64,000 bases of DNA from a virus (taxonomy: Duplodnaviria > Caudoviricetes). The stretch spans positions 19,783-83,782 of the IMG/VR virus record IMGVR_UViG_2681813556_000004; one strand, written 5' to 3'. Below the pieces are notes generated by a model. That model searched no databases, had not been told where the DNA came from, and saw only the letters and a list, made by a program, of their open reading frames with translations. This document shows positions 17,301-26,300 of the stretch, in pieces. A program made the translations under genes and the position numbers. Each line of letters opens with the position of its first letter. Positions within the stretch are counted from its first letter, which is position 1.

Positions 17301-20300
17301 GCCGCCCGCGATCCGCTCCATCACCAACGCAGGGGACACAAAGCCTTGACCGCGCAGCCCGGACGCAATGGCTTGCAGGAATCCCCGCACCTTGTTGAAG
17401 ATCCGCGCCAAGGGCCCAGCCGCATCGCGTGCAGTCGCCCATTCACGGTACATCTCGGCAACCGCCTCTTCGATCTGCACCGAAGTGACCTTGTCGCCAT
17501 AGGCCCGCTCGACACGCGCCATCAGATCGGCATCGACCCGTGCAGCCCGGACCAGCGCCCGCCATTCCTCGGCGGTGAACAGGCCATAGGGCTGGCCCCA
17601 CAGGTCGGGATCGCGCAAGGCATGGACAATCTCATGCCGCATGACTCCGCGCGCATCCCGCGCCGCCGGGTTCAACTCGATCAAGGCCCCGCGCTGACGG
17701 CCCTGGATCGGTACGCCCGACGCCCCCAGCAGCCCGCGCACGACACGTGGCGTCACCTTGCCAGCCAGACCGGCCGCCGCAACCTCGGCCTCGGCCATCC
17801 GCGCAATGTCGCGCAGGGAATCCACCGGCACGGCGGCGGCGTTGATTTTCGGTGGTGCAAGCTGTAGGTTCAGCGTGTCGGCGCCGATTTGTAATTCTGG
17901 CTCCACGCGGGTCTCCCGCGCGTCCATCTGGCCTTGTGCCGGGGCGCCGATATTGCCGCCCAAGTTCAGGTCATAGAACATCCTGCCGTTGTCCATCTCG
18001 CGGATGACGATATGGATGGGCTCTTGGCGGCCGGCGACAGAAACCTGAGCCTGGAAATAGTGAATCTTGCGGACATGCGCGCGGCCGAAGCGGTCCTCGG
18101 ACTCGCCGGTTTTCTCCGCGCTTGCGACGATCTGTTCCAGCGCAGGCACGGCCCGCAGCAGATAGTCGAGCGGCTTCCCGCCGATCTTGCCCGCAGCGGC
18201 GCGCGTGAACGACACCTCCCAGCCCGTGGAAGTGTTCGTGACCTTCCTGCCTTGCAGGTTGTCGCGATACCACGCACGCGCCTTGCGTTGCAGATCAAGC
18301 ATGTCCTCCCACGGCCCGAGTTCGTCGCCGGTCAGGCGCGCGGCAGGTTCCTGATCATCAAAGCGGGATTCCTTGGCCTCGTCAGGCGCGTTCTCCGCCA
18401 GAAGGGCGCCTTCCAGTGCATCGACCTTTTCTGCCAGTTCGTTCAGCTTGTCCTGGTCTGCAAACCCTTTCAGCTTTGCCAGACCTTCCATCACATCGGC
18501 GCGCTCGCGCTCGCGCCGGGCAATATCGGCCTCGATCCGGCGCGGCGTGGCCTCGATCTTGGACAATGCCCCTTCGACCTTCCGGGCCATGCCAACCGGA
18601 TCCTCGGACCAGCCAACCATGACCTCGTTGTCGCGTGGCAGGGCGATATAGTAGGTCACGGCATTCATCGCGTGCGACACTTCGATGTGCAGCGGAAAGC
18701 CGGAAACGGTTCCGACCTTATCCTGATGTCTGAAACCCGTCCCGGCCAAGGCGTCCTCTGCGGCGCTGATCAGATCGGCGCCGAACTCCTTGCGCTCGGT
18801 ATAGGTCTTGCCGCCCATGCGCGCCTCGAAGGCATCGCCTGACAGGTCTTGTACCTTGGCGGCTTGCGGCTGCCAGAAGGTCAACTCCTCACGGTCCATT
18901 GCAATGGCGCGGCCCAGTCCGCGCGCCTTCGCCTCCATCTGCTGGCGTTCGCGCACCGCTGCCCCGGCCCGGCGCTGCAACTTGTCGCGCTCCGCCCGCA
19001 ACTCGGTCAGTTCCAGCACCCGAGGATCGGCGGTGGACATGGCTTTGGCTTGCTCATACTGGCTGGCCTCGCCAAGATCCTCCATGTCGCGCACATTGGG
19101 ATCGCCACGGAAGAACCCTTCGATGAACCCGGCCTTGCGCGCCATCATTTGCCACATGGTCGCGTCGTAGGTACCCTTGGCCGAGTAATCGAGGATTTCG
19201 ATTTCCCGGTTCATGTTGCCCTGCCGGATGCCGCGACCATTTCTCTGCTCGTCGTCGGCAGGGAACCACAACGGATCAAGGTTGTGGATCGCCGTGATGC
19301 GCCGTTGTGCATTGACGCCCGTGAACAGGGTCTTGGAACCGATCAGGATCCGTTTCTTGCCCTCGTTCATGTCATTGAACGCCCGCTGCTTGCGCGCATC
19401 GGATGTCAGATTCTCGGCCAGGATGATTTCGTCGGCTGGCACGCCCATGGCCACCAGTTGCGCCTTGATGAAGCGGTGAACCGAGAAGGACGGGTTGTGT
19501 TTCGACGGGTTCACGCCAAGGGTCGAGAACACCATTTGCGTGGTCGGGCCACGCATCAACGGTTCGTCGGTGTAGCCACCTTCCTTCTTCACCCCGTAAA
19601 GTGGGGCGTCGGCGCCTTCTTTCCAGCGGCGGTAGATGTTGTTGATCATCCGCTCCAGCTTGGAGTTGTTCTCGCCGGCGCTGGGGTCGACAAGGCGCAT
19701 GTCGATGGCTGCAAGGCGACCATCGTTGATGACCGACAACAGGATGTCGTCACCCTTCTTCACCGGCCCCTTCCGATTTTCGATCATGCGCATCCGCGCG
19801 CCCAACTGCTGCTGGTACGCCTTCAGCTCGGGCGAAGCCTCCACCACGATCAGGTTGCGCTTGCCATCTTTCAGCGCAGGCCGGGTCACGTACTGTTCAA
19901 GGTCTTTCGACGACACCACATCCATGACCTGCCGCACCATGAGCGACAGTTCCGGGGTGTTCACGAACTTGGCGAAGCGCGTGACCAGCTTGTACCCCCC
20001 ATCGGGGGCTTGCTCCAAGGCGTTCTCCGTGGTGCCGAAGGTGGCTGCCCAGGAATCGAAGGCCGAGATGTTGCGATCATCCAGCGCCTGCGGCTGCAAG
20101 TACCGGCTGATCGAATAGAGTTCCGCCATCGTGTTGGTAATGGGCGTGCCGGATGCCAGTACCAGACTGCGCCCCGGATTGCGTTGTGCAAGCGAGCGGG
20201 TCTTGATGAACAGGTCCATCGACTGTTGCGAGCCCTGCGGATCGACCCCCTTGATGCTGCCAAGGCTGGTGGCGAAGGATAGTTTGCGGAACAGGTGCGC

Positions 20301-23300
20301 CTCGTCCACGAACAACATGTCGGCGCCGGTCTCATCGAAATCGAACACGGCGTCCTTGCCCTTGTCCGAAGTTTGCCGTGCGATCCGCTGTTCAGCCGCC
20401 TCAAGAAGGGCCTCGATCTTCTTGCGGGTCTTGGTCTCCCCGCTGGTGATGCCCTTTACATCAACTCCCAGCGTGGCCGCCATGCTGTGGAGGGCGCCAA
20501 GAACGGAACGTTCCATCCCGGCATCCTCGCCAAACTGGCCGCCGCTCAGCCCTTCCAGAACATCGCGCACATCCTGCAACATGCCTTCGACGGCAGCTTT
20601 CTTGGATGCCTCCGATGCCGGGATCAACTGGAACGCAGAATGGGTGATGATGACCGCATCGTAGTCACCAAGCGCGGCATCCGCGACGAACTGCTTGCGG
20701 CGCGAGGTATGAAACCGCTTCTCGTCCGCGACCAGAACCTTCGCCAATGGGTATTGCTGATAGAACTCGGTGGCGAACTGGATCAGCATGTGGTTCGGCA
20801 CAGTGTACCAAGGCTTCCGTGCCAGCCCGAGGCGCTTGGCCTCCATGCCAGCGCCGATCATGGCGGAGGTTTTCCCGGCCCCTACGGTATGCGCCATGTA
20901 GGTATCGCCAGATTGCAGGATCCGGGCGATCACTGCCGTCTGGTGCGGGCGCCAACTCCAATCGGAATGGATGCCCGGCGTGGTCAGGTATTCGCCATCG
21001 TATTTCGGCGCCACTTCCGCATTGAAGGTCCGGTTGTAGAGGGTTTCCATCTCCGCCGTTCTGGCGGGATCAGACCAGAACCAGTCGCGGAATCGGGTCT
21101 GCAATTCATTGGCCTTGTCGGTTGCTGCCTGGGTGGCTTCTTCATCGACCCAGGAGTCTGTGCTTCCATCCTGATTGCGGCGAGTTCGGCGCACCTCGAC
21201 CTTCTTGTTCGCCATGACCAGCCCCATCAACTCGCCAAAGGGGCGATCCTCGGTGCCGAACTCCGAGGTGGCCTTCGCGCCGGTGGTGGTGCCGTTCACC
21301 AGCCAGATGCCAAGACGCGGTTTGAATTCGACCTGCAACTCCAGGCCAAGAGCCTCGGCAAAGTCCGGATAGATCGAGGTAGGAAACCAATGGGCGCCAA
21401 GCGGGACGGAAATGTCCTGCGCCGCGACGGGCGCGGGCTGCACTGCGCGCAAGGCATCGACGTTCGGCTGATACTCTGGGTTCGCCCGCGCCTCGCGCTC
21501 GGCTTCTTCCAGTTTCACCACCACGTTGCCAGACAGGTATCTCGCGCGGGTTTCCCACTCCCTTGTGCGCGGGTTCTGGAAGATCTTGCCTTCCAGTTCG
21601 CTGATCACCCGTTCCGATGTGCTGTTGGACAGCGCAGCAATCCTGCCGGGATCGACGCGCCCGGTTTCGCCCAGCAGGTGCAGAAGCGCATCCTCCGGGC
21701 TATTGATCTGGGGCCGCGACGAAACCCTCACAGCATTCTCGGTGAACACGCGGGTTTTCTGCGCGGTATCCGTTTTCTCGTCGTACTTCTCGATGGCCAG
21801 AAGGCGATAGGACTCGGGGTCATCCATGAACGGGTCGATATTCGGCCGCGTCACGATGATCTTGTCGTCCATGGCTTCTGGCGCGAATGTGCCCTCACGA
21901 TAGCCGGGCGCCTGTCGTGCTTCCTGCCGTGCCCGCGCGATTTCCGCCATGGACGCGCCCGCCTCGATCATTGGACCGGCATCGAAGCTGCCAATATCGA
22001 AGGGTTCACCAGCGGCGCGGGCATCGTTCTCGGCCTGTTGCCGCGCGCTCTCCTGCTCCACGATGCTAGGTCGTTGCGTGCGCCTATGCTGCAAGCCGAT
22101 AGGGCCACGCTCCTTCACATAAGCATCGTAGGAATCATTCAGCGCCTTGCGGGCGGCGCTCGCATCCTTCCCATCCACATCGGCGGCGTACACATCGCGC
22201 AGTGCGTTCTTGATCGGGATCAGGGCTTTCACCGCCTCCATGGCGGCTTTCGGCATCCCCTTGGTGTTTTCGCGGCTGCGCGGCTCGACCTTTCGGCCCG
22301 TATTGCCGTCGAACAGCCACAGGGCGCCATCCTTCAGGTAGAATGAGCCAGGCTTGGTCTCGGCGTGATCGGCGTCCAGCGCGTCCAGTTTCACCGATTC
22401 CGGTGGGGCCGACATGATGTTGCTGGGAAACTGCGACAGGACCGATTTGAGGTCGGCACGCAGATCGGCGTTCGGGCGCGGGCGCACACCAACGCGCGCC
22501 CCGGCGGTGAGTGTGTCATAGAGCCCTTGTTCGCCAAGGATCATATCGGGATTTTCGATGAAATAGCGGTTCACCGCCGCCTGTCCAGTGGTGCCGTCAC
22601 TGCCGGGAAGGTCGATCACCTCGGACTGGCGCCATGCCGGATTGGCCTCGGCCTCACTGTCCACGCGCTTGCGCAGCACGATGATGTCGGTAGTGACTTC
22701 GGTTCCATTTTCCTTGAAGGCTGTATTGGGCAGCCGGATTGCACCGACCAGATCGGCCCTGTCAGCCAGATAGTCGCGTGCCTTGCTGTCCATCTTGTTC
22801 ATGGTCCCTGCGGACGTGATGAACATGAGAACCCCGCCTGGGCGCACGGCATCCAGCGATTTGGCAAAGAAATAGTCGTGGATGAAGAACCCTTGCGGGT
22901 AGTCGGGATCGGCCTTGATCTGTGTTCCGGCAAACGGAGGGTTGCCGATAACCAGATCGTAGAACCCTTGCGGCAGCTTCTCCTTGATGAAGTCGCCGTT
23001 CTTGATGTTGTGCCGGGGGTACAGGGCTGCCGCGATCTGGGCAGTGATATGATCCAGCTCCAACCCGGTGTAGGTGGCGTTCAGGCTTCCGGGCATAGTG
23101 CCAGCAAAGCCGCCGACCCCCATTCCTGGCTCATAGACGCGCCCGCCGGTGAACCCAAGCTGCTGGGCAAGTGTCCACATGCTCCGCAGCGCGGACTCTG
23201 CGGTATAGAAGGCGTATTGAGAGGTGCGCGAAAGGGTTGCCCGCTCCTCGGGCGTTGTCATGGTCTCGATTTCAGCGGCCAGATCGGGAAAACGGATGGT

Positions 23301-26300
23301 GCCATCGCTGCGCGGAAGGGTGCCCGCCAAGGTGCCGGCGCCGCCATATTTGGCGAGGGTCGCGCGTTCCTCAGCCGTCGCCGGACGACCCTCTTGCTGG
23401 ATGGTGCGCAGGGTGCGGATCGCCGCAATGCTCTCTCGTGCGCGGGTCTTTTCCCCGCGCGCCAGTTCAAGCCCGCCGGGCTCGATGACGTGGTTTACTG
23501 GTCCTCGCCCGCCAGTGCCGTTTCCAGGGCCAGAGCCATCGCCACTTCTCTGACCATCACGTCGCGGGCCGGATCGTTCTCCGGTACGTTCTGCAACGCG
23601 ATTTCCTGGTCTGCCTGCTGTACGATCATCCGAACGTAGGCTTCCAGCTTGTCCGGTCCCCGCTTGGAGATCTCCCGCGCCTTCTTGGGGGCTCGGTCGA
23701 TCATCGCTTGCATTATTGCGGTTATCATCGCGGCGGTTCTCCGGTTCGGCATCGACGCCAACATTACGGGATTCCGGCTCAGAATGCACCTTGCTTTGCG
23801 ATGCTTCTGCCTCGGCCATCGCGCGGCGCACCTCGTCCAGGACGGCCTTGGCATCGTCCATGTCCGACACGTCTTGCCCGTCGAGGTCCATGGTATCGCG
23901 GACATGATTGTAAGCGGCGCGCATCGGAGCCTGGGCTTCGCGCATGGTCAGGCCGGTGCTTTCCGCAAAATCACGCAGCATCTGTCCGAACCGCTTGGTT
24001 CCGGCCTCGATGTAGAGCCCGACCAGTTCCGCCCCGAGGGTGATGTATTCCGGGTCAAGCCCGCTGCTGGTCTGATTGCGCGCTTTGGCTGCAAGGCGTG
24101 CTTTCAGTTCGTCGGCACGCTTCTGCTTGTCCTCCGACAGGGCAGAGAGGATGCCGCTTGCAGGCTTGCGCCTCTGTGCCCCCGCCGATTCCGGCCCGAA
24201 GATCGCTGTGCGCAACGTTTCCATCTGCTCGCCGGTAAGGCGATCAGCCACCTCGCCGGAGGTCAGTCCTGTTGAGACGGTCGTGTCCAGCCCGGCATTT
24301 TTCAGGGCTTCGCGCCGCTGGTCGCGGTTGTTGGTCCACCACCAATCAAAGCGGCGCGGGCCGGTGGGCTGCGGGCTGATTGGGACAGGTGCATCGCTGG
24401 CCTTGCTGCCCACAGGCGTTTCCCTGCGCGCTGCTTGTTCAGGCTTGCGGGCATCAGCAATCACGGACTCGATCTTGGCCTCGTCCACATTGTGGGTGCC
24501 AGCGAAGATCTGGCGGCCTTTCGGGTCCGTGATCGTGGTGCGATTGACCTGGCGCTTCACCACATAGCCATCATCGGTCACGCGGGCCTGATCGGTTGTC
24601 GGCTCCCCGAATGCGTCTCTGGTTCGTTCGTAGCCAGACAGCAGATCGCCAAGACCGACCGCAGGTTTCTGTCCTGCAATCTGATAGGATGGTGCTTCAA
24701 TGGTTCCGGTGTTTTCCAGCGTCCCGGCGCGGTACAGTCGCCCGAAGGCATCGGTCAGCGCGCGCTTACCGTCATCCGACAATCCATCCCACGCCATGCC
24801 TTGCCGATACTCGCGTTCCGCCTTTGGCCCGGCTTCCTTCAGGATCGCATCCCGCATCGCCTTGTCGGCATTGTCCCACCATGGGGCGCGGGTCGGGGTC
24901 GGCGCGGCTTGCAGGTCGATACCGGCAACCTTGGCGCCAGCCTGACGCACATCAGCATCGTCCTGCGGCGTGATGATTTCGCCATCCAGCGGCTTGGCCT
25001 CGGGGCGGCGCACCTCATATGCCCGTTCGCCATTCGGAAGGTCGACAAGGCGAACATCATAGCCCTTGCGCTTGAGCCCATCATAGAACGCCCGGCCATC
25101 TTCGGTCAGTTCGTAGCCAGAGAGGAACCGCCAGCCGCGCTCTGCGGCATATTCGATGGCCTTGTCATGCAGTGCGGTCGAGACACCCTGACGCTGCATG
25201 TCCTCGCGAACCTCGGTCACGTCAGCTTGCAATGTCTTGGAAGCTGCGTCGGGGAAGGCAATCATGGCAGCATCACCGAGGCGGAACGCCACGGAGTGCT
25301 CCCCTTCGTTCTCGACCTTCACATCAGCGGCTCCTGGACGGCGCGGCTGGGATGGCCCGGTATCGACAATGCGCGTCTTGCCGGTCTGCAAGCTGTTGAG
25401 GATCAGGACGCCGGGCGTGCCCTCTTTCGGCGCAGGCTTCGGCATGACTGCATCGCGCACCTTGTCAGCGTGCTTGCGGGAAAAGATGAAGCCGCCTTCC
25501 TTGTCGTCCCATTTCAGGCTGACACCGGAAACAGCCGGCGGCTGATCCTTCGGAACCCCGCGCAGGACTGCGGCCTTTTCGCGGATGTTTTCGATGACAG
25601 GGGAGATGGATTCGGACGAAGCCGGGGGAGGGGAAATTTTCCCGCCTGCCTTTGCCTTTCCGCTCACCGGCGTGTCGGTCTCGCCAGAATCCAGCCATGC
25701 CTTGAACTCGGGCAGCGCCATCTTGCGGATGCCGCCGATGCGTGCGGCCCCGCGCCCGTCGCTGAACCCGGCCTGATAAGTGGCCTTGGCATCTGCCGGG
25801 GTGTCGAAGCCCAGCATGACTTTATGTTCATCGAACGTGCCGCTGTCCGGGTCGATCTGATCCACCACCCAGACGGACTCGCTGGCAGTGTTCGGCCCCA
25901 TGTAAAAATCCACATGGTCGCCATCGGCGCCTGTCGTGCGCAGGATGCGGCCATACTCGGCCGGCATCGTCACCTTCCATTCGGTGCCGTCGGGCGAGGT
26001 GCCCTTGCGCTCGCTGCCCTTGGCGTTTTCAATGGAAAGGCGCATCCCCTGCCAGTCGATCTTCGCCGTCTTGTAGTTCTCGGCCTCCTTCTGGGCCGGG
26101 GTCGGGTCAGGGTTGGTCTCGGCGGCTGCGGCCTCGAACTGTTCACGGGTGGGCACCGGCTTTTGAGGCTCATTCGTTGGCGGCAATGCCGTTTGAGGAT
26201 CACCTTGGGCCGGTTTGCTGTCAGCAACGGTAGTAGGCTTGCGATTCAGGCTTTCCAGATGCTCGCGCGCCGGCACAGCCTCATATTTCGCGGTGTTCAG

